Below are positions 41,576 through 51,506 of a DNA stretch of 64,000 bases, piece after piece. The stretch lies in assembly GCA_000004985.1 (NCBI GenBank), contig GG738902.1. One strand, written 5' to 3'. The stretch's first letter is position 1, and the number at the start of each line of letters is the position of its first letter. The DNA comes from Naegleria gruberi (Eukaryota). The position numbers were made by a program, and so were the translations under genes. The notes beneath the pieces were generated by a model that had not been told where the DNA came from, ran no database searches, and worked only from the letters and a program-made list of their open reading frames with translations.

Positions 41576-43992
41576 TTACTCAAACTCCCTTGTAAATATT
41601 CCAGAAAGATCTTGTTCTGATAAAAAGGAACTACTCTCCCAAAATAGTGGATTCTCAAATCCTGTAATACCAACAGACGAGTAGTCTTCTGGTTGAGTAG
41701 GTGTAACTTCAATATTCAGTTGTGTATTTAGTGGAATGTCAATAGGAGTAGGTTGTACACTCACAACACGTCTAACTCTTATCAGAGACAAGTATTGTTC
41801 CATGTCTGCAAGAAGGTCCTTAAAGAAAAGCTCAACAAACTTGTATCGTTTTTTCATCAAATTAAAAGCTCTCATATCCTTCTCAAGAATATCGAAATAA
41901 TCAATTCCGTTATATCTGAAATCTGTACTTTGGCTTGAAATTAGTGTTTTGACAATTTGTAAATGCACATTGGTTGCCTTGGCTACACAGACAAGAGTTT
42001 CTATAGGGAAGAGTGGAAACCAAGCATGTTGCGTTATTTCTGTAATTTCCAAAGCTGCCTTCTCCATAATATCCCTAACAGTTGGATTGTGTGATTTAGA
42101 TAGAATTGAAATTCTCAGTGAGTTTGCAATTAGAGTAAATATTGGATCAACTAGTTCTTCATACTCAGGTCCTACAATTCACTTGTTCAGATATTTGTTT
42201 TATAATGAAACTTACCATATGAAAAACATGCAAGAGCAGGACTCTTTGTTGGAGTGTCTATCAATCCTTTGGCCACCTTTTTGATATTCTCCACACACAT
42301 TTGGACAACACTCCAAATTTCAAAACAATTTTCACTATTAACTTCTCTAGTCACTACACCGATCCATTCCTCTGGAAATTTATCCATTGTAAAGAAGCTA
42401 TAAATATCAGGCAATCTTCTGAGGAATTCTTTCAAGTCCAAACGATTCAAATCATCTCCCAATACATTGTTAAAATAAAATACAAGATTTTCCAAATTTC
42501 TCTCACAGTCTGTCATAGTAGCTCTCTTCTCCTCGCCACTGAGTTGCGTCTTGACATAGTACTGGAGAATTTGCATGTAGAATTTTGCATTTTCGTATCT
42601 TCCAACCCAGCCTTCATACGAGGCCAAATTACCATAAGTTGCTGCAATATGATAGCTTTGAATTTGGTCAAACATTTTAGAAAGTGCCTTTTTGGCTCTT
42701 TGAGCTGTCTTTTCTGCTAGCTCAGCGAGTCCATATCTACATTCACACAATGCTCTCACCGATAAGAAGAGAGGGAACATTTCCTTCTTGTTGCTCTTTT
42801 CTCCTTCGATATCATTTGGTGTTGTAATGTAATTTTCCAATTCTTCCTTGCTCACCAATGGACATCCATCACATGCAATATCAAAATAAAAGTCAATCAC
42901 ATTTCTCTTACTGAGATGACCAACTTCTTCCACATTATCACTATCGGAATCACTATTTTTTTCTGCAATATTATTGTTGGTGGTTGAATGGTATGGTTTG
43001 AATTTTGGATCATTCGAAACTACACCATCCTTTGGTTTGAATGAGGTAACTCCTTTCTTTTTCTTTCTCTTCTTTTTTTCCTCAGTTCCCTTGATTGCAT
43101 TCCTCTTTGATTCTCTATAAATACATTCCACAGATCGTTGTGTACATGCTGTACAACATGGCAATTTCTTATCTGTAATATTATGGTGAATTTTAAAATC
43201 AACAAATAATAAAATACCTACCACTATTAAGGATTTAAAATTAAAATGTTATTTAGATTATTTACATACCATTTTCTATTAAATAGTTAATAATATGAAG
43301 ATTAAAAACACATACCGATGCTGCTTTCTACAAGGCTCACAGGCAATTGGAAAGAATTCAGTATTATCGTCTGTTGCAGCTGTTTGATTTGGTGAGCCAG
43401 TCTTTTCGTTACCTTCTGAACCATTACTACTGCTACTACTCGATTGGCCATTAATAACATTAGTTGATAAATTAATATTTTGATTTGGAATAAATCCTCT
43501 ATTATTATTTACAAAATTCAAATATTCTTGTTGTCTTTGTTGGAAAAGCAATCCGAAACTGTTTGGATTCATTCCTCCCAATAATTGTTGCTGCATTAAT
43601 ATTTGTTGAAGACTTGGATTGTGATTATTCATCATTAATTGTTGATTTACAGGATTCATTGCAGGTTGTTGATTATTTACAGAAGAAATCGATGGATCTT
43701 GAACAGTTTCCCAACCAGAAGCAGAATTTCCTAAAGACTTTCCGAGTGATGATAAAAATCCACCATTATTTCCACTACTTGTATTATCATTACCTAAATT
43801 TGAAAGGAAATTCATTGATGATCCACTATTACTATTATTCATCATCATCATATTATTCATCAATACATTATTCATCATCAACTGGTGCTGAGACGTTGCC
43901 GAATAGCTTTGATTATTACTATTCATTTCAAACGTTTGTTTGGTGTTGTTATTTGTTGGTTCCGAGTTGTCTTGATGATTTAACGGACGCAT
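41576..43992 (-). CDS. Zn2Cys6 (Gal4-type) binuclear-cluster transcription factor, five exons including 6-nt and 2-nt micro-exons
   Basis: Exons (minus strand): 43992..43316, 43275..43270 (AAAATG), 43223..43222 (TG), 43172..42216, 42171..41576. The total is 2238 nt, or 745 codons plus stop. Donors are GTATGT, GTATGT, GTAGGT and GTAAGT; all acceptors are AG. The spliced product reads ACEPCRKQHRKCDKKLPCCTACTQRSVECIY (C-x2-C-x6-C-x6-C-x2-C-x6-C). The last intron (42215..42172) joins ...CFSYG to PEYEELVDPIFTLIANSLRISIL. That junction is collinear with the plus-strand paralog. Confidence 0.75.
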
Positions 43993-44561
43993 TTTTTTCT
44001 TTTAGAATTTAAAATTTCCCGCTACAAAAATGTTAAACACTTCAAAATTGGAATTAAAATTTTGTAATATTGTACCAAATAAATATGTTTAATCAAATTC
44101 CATTCTTGTAATTCATATCCTTTTGTTGTACAGCTTCACCAAGTCAACCAATAGACAATATTTGAACGATTCCACTTATTTTTTTCTATCAGGAAAATGC
44201 TTGAACAGAATCCTCAAATAATGATGAAGGAATGAGATCATAAATGAGTTTGAAGAATTGTCTTTCCACTCAGTATCATCATGTTATCAATACTGAGATC
44301 AACATGCTTAGTAGAGGTGGAGAATAATAAAATTGAAATACCAGCAGCACTTTGGAGGACCTCCATTCGATTCTTGCTCCAATCGTGCTCTTTTTTGTCT
44401 CTTGTTCTCAATTATCAATGTGCGCTCAATTTCCGACGCAAGAATCAAAAAAAAAAAAGACGTTTTCCGTTCGCTCGTCCGTGATGCTTTAGAAACAAGC
44501 AACAGATAACAACACTGTAAAAAAGAAGAATTTGTGGCGTTTTGAGAAAGAGAAGGAAAGA
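43993..44561. promoter_or_regulatory. Shared divergent promoter region between the two Zn2Cys6 paralogs
   Basis: A 569-bp spacer separates start codons 43992 (minus) and 44562 (plus). It contains only short ORFs of no coding character. Confidence 0.4.
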
Positions 44562-47128
44562 ATGAATTCGTCATCAACATCACCACAACAGGCTCCTCCT
44601 CAAGGCTTTGGAAGTTTTCCTTCCTCCCCTAACAATAACATGTATACACAGCCTCAGCAACAACAATATTCTTCCTATAATAATAGTTTAAATAGTAGTA
44701 ATAGTACTAATAACAACATGATGATGATGAATAGTGTCCACCATCATCAGCCTCTTCCTTCATCTCCTTATAATCAACATCATCATGTGGCATCTCAATC
44801 AAACACCTCACAACAGCAACAGTATTATGATAATAACAATAATTATCAGGAATATAATAGACCACCGAATAATAATAACATGAATCATTCATCATCGATG
44901 AATAATGGTACGATGATTTCACTTCCTAGTCAAAATTCCTCCTATCAGACGTCACCATCACAATATGGCAACAGTAATAACAATAACTTTATTTATAATA
45001 TTCCACCACCATCCACACCACAGCAACCACCACCTCAACAAAATTATCATAATGGAATGCAAGGAATGAGTAGTAGTTCATATCAATTTGCGAATAGTAA
45101 TGGAATGCACAATAGAATGAATAATCAAAATGTGTCACCACCCATGAATCAACAACAAAATCTCGAATCAAGTCCAGAAGAAAATTCGTCATCACCAAAT
45201 GCTGAGCAATTGGGAAATTCGGATTTTCATCCCATCGCCTGTATAAATTGCAGAAAGCAACACAAACAATGGTAAGTTTAGTTATATTTGGAATTAAATC
45301 GATAACATTTTATAGTGGTAAGTATTAAATAAGAGAAATTGATTATTTAATGTTTCGGATATATAATTTAAACCTATCAGATAAGAAATTACCAAGTTGT
45401 CAACGATGTATTTCGAAAGGTATAACTTGTGAATATAAAACGCCTAGAAGAATGAGATATCCAAATCAGTCGAAACAAAAACAACAGCAACAGTCAACTG
45501 AGGAACAGCAACAATCAGAACCAAAGAAGAAGAAAAAGAAAACCGACTCGAAAGATAACCTAACACCAAAATCAAACTCTCCTCTCGATCCAGAAAATGT
45601 TTGTGCTCCAAATACAACTCTCACTAGCAGATTCCCTCAAACTCTCTCAAAAAAGAATATTATTGATATTTATTATAGCATGATATGCGATCACTTTATA
45701 TTTATTGAAAAACCAGTATTGGAAAAGTATATTCTTTCCAAGAGTAATAGTGAAGATGTGGATGATTCAGAATTACCACTCAAGAAGGAAATGCAGACAT
45801 TCTTCTTCTCTGTGACAGCACTAGTGGAACAACGTATGGGAATGGGAGATTTATCTGAAAAATCAGCAAAGAAGGCTAGAGATTGTCTTTCTAAACTTTT
45901 TGATGAAATGAATAACTTTGTAGTTGCCTGTTCGTATGCAAATTTGGGATCATATGAGATTGGATCAGGACGAGTCAAACTATCCAGGTTCTATTTCCAT
46001 AATGCCAAGTTTTACTTTGAAAGTTTGGACGATTCTGAAAAGTCAAGGTTATCAGAGCATGAAAAGGCTCTCCAAAAATACTTGACATCAGTGGAAATTG
46101 TAAATGCAGATAATGATCTAGGAATTTCAGCCATGATACATGACATGCCAAAAGTTTTTCATTTCACCACAGGACATCACTTACCTCAAGAAATTGTTAA
46201 AGCAACTCAACAAGAGGTCAGTCCTTCGAATTGTTTGGACTATCTCAAGATTGTGGAAATGATTGCCTCGTACTTGAACAAGTATTTCAGAGGTATGGCC
46301 ACTAAAACTAGAGGAGAAAAGGAAATGGAAATGTATGACAAGGGTAGTAATCTCTGCCAAGGTTTACTAATGAACGGATTACGTGTAGGTGTCTTGACTA
46401 AGGCAGGGTATGGCAAGGATCTTATTGAAGAGTCTTCTTTGAGAATTACGTATGCGTCCGAGAGTGAATTTTTTCCATTCCTTCCTGTTATTGTAATTCC
46501 ACACGTTGCTCTCGCTGCCCGTATTCACTTACAAATTGTAAAAAAGATTGAAAATGGTACCAGACAAAATCATCAGAAAGGGCTCACTTTCCAAAATACC
46601 GTTGGACCTATTGATTATTTTGATATTCTGGCAAAAGATTACAGATCACTCATTATTCTCTCTAAAAGATTTAAGAGAGTGTCGGTATGTTACGGTTCTC
46701 TCCTTGATGAAATTAAAGAGATTTTAGGTAGGAGAGTTGAAGCTCAGCAAAACAACGACACCACCTCGACAAATAACTCTAATACTGTTACTACCCCAAT
46801 TGCAGATGATGCACTCTTACAGCCACTTTCCTTAGACTCTTCCAGCCTGCCTCCACTGTCCTTCCTTCTAGGTTCTATGAATGATAATCCTTCACTACCT
46901 CAATCTTCAAGCTCTCAAAAATCAACCCTTGATGGATATGCTTCCAACAATTTACAACAAAGCATTTTCAATTCAATAATTCAATCTCCAATCAAATCAC
47001 CCTCACAACAACAAGAGTTGTACTTTGCTGATCCATTCTTTACACACGAAGATTTACAACAAATATTTTCTCCACATACGTATGGCGATTTTGAGGATGT
47101 ATCAGAATATAGTTTTAATGTGAAATAA
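44562..47128 (+). CDS. Zn2Cys6 (Gal4-type) binuclear-cluster transcription factor, three exons including a 2-nt micro-exon
   Basis: Exons: 44562..45271, 45316..45317 (TG), 45381..47128. The total is 2460 nt, or 819 codons plus stop. The ORF-track start at 44532 is TTG. Both donors are GTAAGT (45272 and 45318). Acceptors are TTTTATAG (ends 45315) and CCTATCAG (ends 45380). The product reads ACINCRKQHKQCDKKLPSCQRCISKGITCEY. The N-terminus is Q/N-rich and the C-terminal region is collinear with the minus-strand paralog. Confidence 0.8.
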
Positions 47129-47154
47129 ATTAGTTCCTTTCCCATATAATATCT

Positions 47155-47493
47155 CTATTGTTCTTCCACGTATTTGGCTACATATTCAGGATAGCATGGC
47201 AATCTATCTCCTAGCATAACGTGGTGATTACCAGTTTGAGTTTCAGCTGTTGGTTCAAAGACTGGTTCCAAAGGCTTTTCCACAAATACTTCGTGATCTT
47301 TCTTAACTGGTAATTCTTCCTTCTTTTCTTCAACAACTGGTGTTTCTGTAATTGTTTCTTCCTTCTTTTCTTCAACTGGTGCTTCTACAACTTGAGTAGT
47401 TTCCACAGAAATTGGTGGTACTTGTTCAATTGAACAAATAAATGGAATTGTTTCTTGAATTAACTTTTTACAATTTTCAACTTGATAATTCAA
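47155..47493 (-). CDS. E/K/P/V-rich ORF without an ATG, probably the displaced 3' end of the upstream ankyrin/coiled-coil gene
   Basis: The 112-codon ORF starts at TTG. It has coding-like internal repeats (PVEEKKEETITETPVVEEKKEELPV). It overlaps the preceding ORF by 17 nt in a frame offset by +1. I found no canonical intron that joins them. Confidence 0.35.
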   Translation of the reverse strand: MNYQVENCKKLIQETIPFICSIEQVPPISVETTQVVEAPVEEKKEETITETPVVEEKKEELPVKKDHEVFVEKPLEPVFEPTAETQTGNHHVMLGDRLPCYPEYVAKYVEEQ

Positions 47494-49381
47494 TCAGGTA
47501 AATTCCAATTTGAACTTTTTTAGGAATAAATTGTTGTAATTCAACAGTTTCGTTTCCAAGGCTCTCCATGATTTTTCTTAATAATTCATAAATTTCAATA
47601 ATTTCACTTAATTCATCCTTATTTAACAATTGAATGTCAGTTAAATATTCTTGATTCAAATATGTTTTGATAAATTCATCCAATACTATTAACTTCTCTT
47701 CCAATTCTTGAATATATTTGGTCAATTTCATTAAAAAATTCTCCGATTTAATGCTTTCTACCATACAAGTCATGTTTAACTTTAGTTCATCAACTTGTGA
47801 ACTTTCTTGTTCAAGTTTCAATTCATTAGCATGTTCAAAACAATTCTTTAACTTTTCACAAATTTCCAAATATTCTTTTTGAAATTCATTTTCTAATACA
47901 GTACATAAAACCTTAATTGCATTGATTTGTGAATTGGATTGAGTTTCTTCTTGTCTTTCAATATTTGTTTCTTGTGTTTCGTCTTGTTCTTTAATATTTT
48001 CGTCTTGTTTTTCGAGAGTTTCTTGATTTTCATCATGTTTTTCCTCTTGTTGTTCGAGAGTTTCTTGGTTTTCATCATGTTTTTCAAGTGGTTCTTGTTT
48101 TTCAAGAATTTCTTTCTTAATTTTATCTTTTTCAACTTTTTCATTCAATTCCTTCTTAATTTTGGAAATTTCCTTTCCGTTGACTTTCCATAAATTGTTA
48201 ATTTTAATATTTGGTGATTGAAGTAATAATTTAACAATTTCTAAACGTCCTTTTTCACATGCAATATGTAATGGAGACTAATAAATATTTAAAAATGTTG
48301 TAATTATTATTACTTACTTCCTATTATGGTAATGTTTAAAATAAGTATTAAATACAAACCATCTAAATAATAATGTAAAATATTTTAAATATTTAATTCT
48401 TACATGCTACGAGGAAATAATTAATAAATTAATTATTAATTTACATACTTCCTAAAATAGATAAATAATTTAATTGGTTAATTACTCACTTTCTAATAAC
48501 AAAGTTGGCAAATTAATTTCAATATTTAATAATACTAACTTCCTATTAAAAAAATTAATATTAAATATTAAAAATACTAACAATCTAAAAAAATGTAAAT
48601 ATTTAAAATTGTTTAAAAACTTACAACTCTCTAAAACAAATATACACGTAATTTAATTAGTAGAGACTTACTTGCTAATAAAAATATTAATTTAAGATTA
48701 TATTACTTAAATTACATACTTCCTAATAAGGAACTTGTTCATAAATAAAGAATTTAATACTTACTCCCTAATAATATTAACATTAAATAGTTATAAGTGA
48801 AATACTAACTTTCTAATAAATTATTTTATAAATAACTAAGTATTAAATACTTACATGCTAATAAAATGCTAATTTAATACAAAATTACCAAATTTAGAAT
48901 ACTTACATACTAAAAATAGTATTATTTTTATATTTTTTAATATTAAATTACTTACAGTCTGAAAATATTATTATTACAATGCTAGCAACACTTACAAACT
49001 AATAGCATTAAATATAAATAATTAATTATTCAATTCCTTACATACTAATTAATTATTTAGTATTTTACAATATTTCCTTAAATACTTACTTTCTACAATC
49101 ATACCCATTTAGATCTTATTAAACAATTGATATTCTACTCACATACTACTCAATTTTAAATATTTATAATGTTAATATTAAATAGTACTTACTCCCTTAT
49201 TCACATCAAGTCCTCCACAATTCAACAATAACTTGACAATTTCCAAATGTCCCCTCTCACAAGCCATGTACAACAATGTCTTATTCCGATCAGATTCATT
49301 TACCTTCGTTGGCTTGAAATACTTTTTAAACTCGGCAACGTTTCCACTATTTGCAGCATCTACAAGATGAGGAGAGAGCAT
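47477..49381 (-). CDS. Ankyrin-repeat plus acidic coiled-coil protein; exon 1 49381..49193, long exon 48277..47477, separated by the mini-intron/micro-exon array
   Basis: Exon 1 reads MLSPHLVDAANSGNVAEFKKYF...TLLYMACERGHLEIVKLLLNCGGLDVNKG and ends in phase 0 before GTAAGT. The exon from 48277 reads SPLHIACEKGRLEIVKLLLQSPNIKINNLWKVNGKEISK..., continuous with ORF 48148..47477. The M of that track entry is a TTG codon. Confidence 0.7.
48278..49192 (-). other. Array of 20 mini-introns (37-50 nt) separated by 19 micro-exons (18 of 3 nt, one of 6 nt)
   Basis: Micro-exons on the minus strand: 49145-49143 TAT; 49092-49090 AAA; 49044-49042 TAT; 48998-48996 TTT; 48958-48956 ACT; 48909-48907 TAT; 48857-48855 CAT; 48812-48810 AAA; 48767-48765 GGA; 48722-48720 GAA; 48674-48672 CAA; 48630-48625 AGAGTT; 48584-48582 ATT; 48542-48540 GAA; 48492-48490 AAA; 48451-48449 GAA; 48406-48404 CAT; 48362-48360 ATG; 48320-48318 GAA. 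Each is preceded by (T/A-rich)AG. Each is followed by GTAAGT (10 times; 11 counting the exon-1 donor), GTTAGT (3), GTATGT (2), GTGAGT (2), GTAAGG, GTAAGA or GTTTGT. Intron lengths sum to 855 nt and exon lengths to 60 nt, matching the 915-nt span. Confidence 0.7.
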
Positions 49382-49532
49382 TTTGATGTTTGGTGTTGTT
49401 TTGTTTTTTTTGAATGAAATTTTCTTTTTATCACCATATTAAGGCCTTAATGAAAGTTCATTATGGTTTGGGAACTTGTAATTTCTAGAAGTTGCGTTTG
49501 GAGTTTAATTAGAATGTTTAAAAATTGAAGTA

Positions 49533-51506
49533 TTAATCAGAATCACCAGAATATGATTCATAATCATCGGTTGAAATCATTTCTTGTTCGCGTGGTAAAC
49601 CATTAATGTAATCGGCATAATCTACTCGCAAATATTTGACTAAATGGAAAAATTGAGATCGTAGCATGGTGTTACCTTGAACGAACTCTCGTGCTTCGAT
49701 TTCTACACTATTACAGTTAATTTCTAGTAAACGGATAGCTAGCTCAATTATTCCTGTTTGTATCAGGGCAAGATTCCTCTTATTTTCAATGTCAAAATTA
49801 AGAACTTTCAGTGTTTTAGTTTTGGCTAAAGTAAAGTTGACTGCCTTATCAATATCCAATAGAGCTATTAAACCTGCAAAAATGTAAATGGAACGTTTCT
49901 CCAACATTGCTCGCATTAAAATTTCTACTAGCTTTTCAAGATTAGGTGGCTTAATTCCTTTCACAATATAGTCACAAACTAAATTGATGAGGCAGTTATT
50001 ATTTAGTGGAATCCAAGAGTTTTTGATAGCCAAGCTATAAATAAATTCCATATTTGATACCGCATTGCTTATAGGTTCAATAGCGTCATACATTTGATAT
50101 GAAACAAGTACTCTTGCTGGTCCAGTTAGTTCATTATTTGATCTGAAATAGAAGAGTAATAAATCCGAAATGACTTTCCTTATGTTATCATCCAAAAGTT
50201 GTTTCTCTGAAAGCAGTTGGTGTATGCGTAAACATAGAACCAATCGACCAGCCATTGTTTCTGGAAGTACGGTTTTCCAAGTTATAAATCCAGGTATTAA
50301 AGATTTAACAGCTAGCACCATCCTTTCCGTCATTCCTAATATTATTAAAATGGTTTCTATGAATTTGAAATACTCAGATTCAAGTGGATATTTTACAATA
50401 TTAGAAATTATACTTGTCAATTCGTCATCCTTAATCATCTTGTTAGTTAATTCCATTGTAGCACACAAAAAATTAAGAAATGGTTCAACATCCTCAGGTG
50501 TTTCCACTTTAAATTCAATCGTACCGTTGTAAATTACTTCCAAACATGACTGATCGAGCATAATTTGGTCCAAATGATATGGTAAACCTAGTAATAAAAT
50601 TTTTCTAATGGAATATGGAGCATTTTCGAGAATCTCTTTGATATAGAAATTTCCGAATGTTTCATCGCTGAAAAGGGCACATTTCATGGCTATTTCTCGT
50701 AAATCTAACAACTCTGTAGCATCCCCAATAATTCTAAAATAATGTGCAATGAATGCACTAAATTTGAGTTTTTCAACAACTTTCAAAGCTTTTCTTAATC
50801 TTTGATTGTGTTCTTCATTTCGTTCCAAATCACTAATAGCATCAAACTCTTGATTTAGAAAAGCAAATGTTGGAAACGGACAACTATGAGCATAGATTCG
50901 GAGTATGTCTATTAAATTCTCATCTGGTTCTACGTCAATTCTTTCATATAATAGTTGGAATAAGTTTTGCAACATTGGTTCATTTTTGGTTGTACGAACA
51001 ATTCTAAGGTCTGCATACTTTGAAAGTAATTTTTTTTCTCTTGTTGTCCATTTTGGACACATTGCCTTGTCATTCCAATATTTTTCATTATAATGTGACA
51101 AGAAATCAATTAACTTGATGTAAAAAACATGAGAAAGAGTAGCACCTTCAGTATTCATACACGCCCAGACAGCATGAAAATACCAATACGGTACCACATG
51201 TTCATACTTAGTATTTGGAAACAGAAAATTGTCCCTTGTCTCCTTATAGTCATCCAAAAATCGATAAACCAACTGGCCAGCACCACCAAGGTTGATCACT
51301 TTAAATAAATTTGTAATATCATCATCGTCACTCCAAGAAATTTCCGTAAATGTTTCTTCATCTTCCATCATGTCATTTTGAACAATATCACACAACAGTT
51401 CATAGCTTGTGTAAATGTCTCCCCCAGGCAGCTCATCGGACAGTTGTGACTTGTGCAAATGTTCCTTCAGAGCATCACGGTTAGGTCCATCACGAAGTTT
51501 GAACAT
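49533..51506 (-). CDS. Large hypothetical protein (helical-repeat-like), no recognised domain
   Basis: 657-codon uninterrupted ORF whose ATG follows an A8 run. Confidence 0.6.
   Translation of the reverse strand: MFKLRDGPNRDALKEHLHKSQLSDELPGGDIYTSYELLCDIVQNDMMEDEETFTEISWSDDDDITNLFKVINLGGAGQLVYRFLDDYKETRDNFLFPNTKYEHVVPYWYFHAVWACMNTEGATLSHVFYIKLIDFLSHYNEKYWNDKAMCPKWTTREKKLLSKYADLRIVRTTKNEPMLQNLFQLLYERIDVEPDENLIDILRIYAHSCPFPTFAFLNQEFDAISDLERNEEHNQRLRKALKVVEKLKFSAFIAHYFRIIGDATELLDLREIAMKCALFSDETFGNFYIKEILENAPYSIRKILLLGLPYHLDQIMLDQSCLEVIYNGTIEFKVETPEDVEPFLNFLCATMELTNKMIKDDELTSIISNIVKYPLESEYFKFIETILIILGMTERMVLAVKSLIPGFITWKTVLPETMAGRLVLCLRIHQLLSEKQLLDDNIRKVISDLLLFYFRSNNELTGPARVLVSYQMYDAIEPISNAVSNMEFIYSLAIKNSWIPLNNNCLINLVCDYIVKGIKPPNLEKLVEILMRAMLEKRSIYIFAGLIALLDIDKAVNFTLAKTKTLKVLNFDIENKRNLALIQTGIIELAIRLLEINCNSVEIEAREFVQGNTMLRSQFFHLVKYLRVDYADYINGLPREQEMISTDDYESYSGDSD

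Noticed and set aside
44013-44586. Short ORFs 44281..44484 and 44308..44586 between the Zn2Cys6 genes
   Set aside because: They have no coding character or motifs and lie in the divergent promoter/5'-UTR region. One overlaps the real N-terminus on the wrong strand.
48278-49192. The ~45-nt periodic region read as a CRISPR array or simple minisatellite
   Set aside because: No direct repeat is conserved as a block. Only the unit ends are conserved, and they match the splice donor and acceptor consensus on the minus strand. The region lies exactly between two in-frame exons of one gene. The context is eukaryotic.
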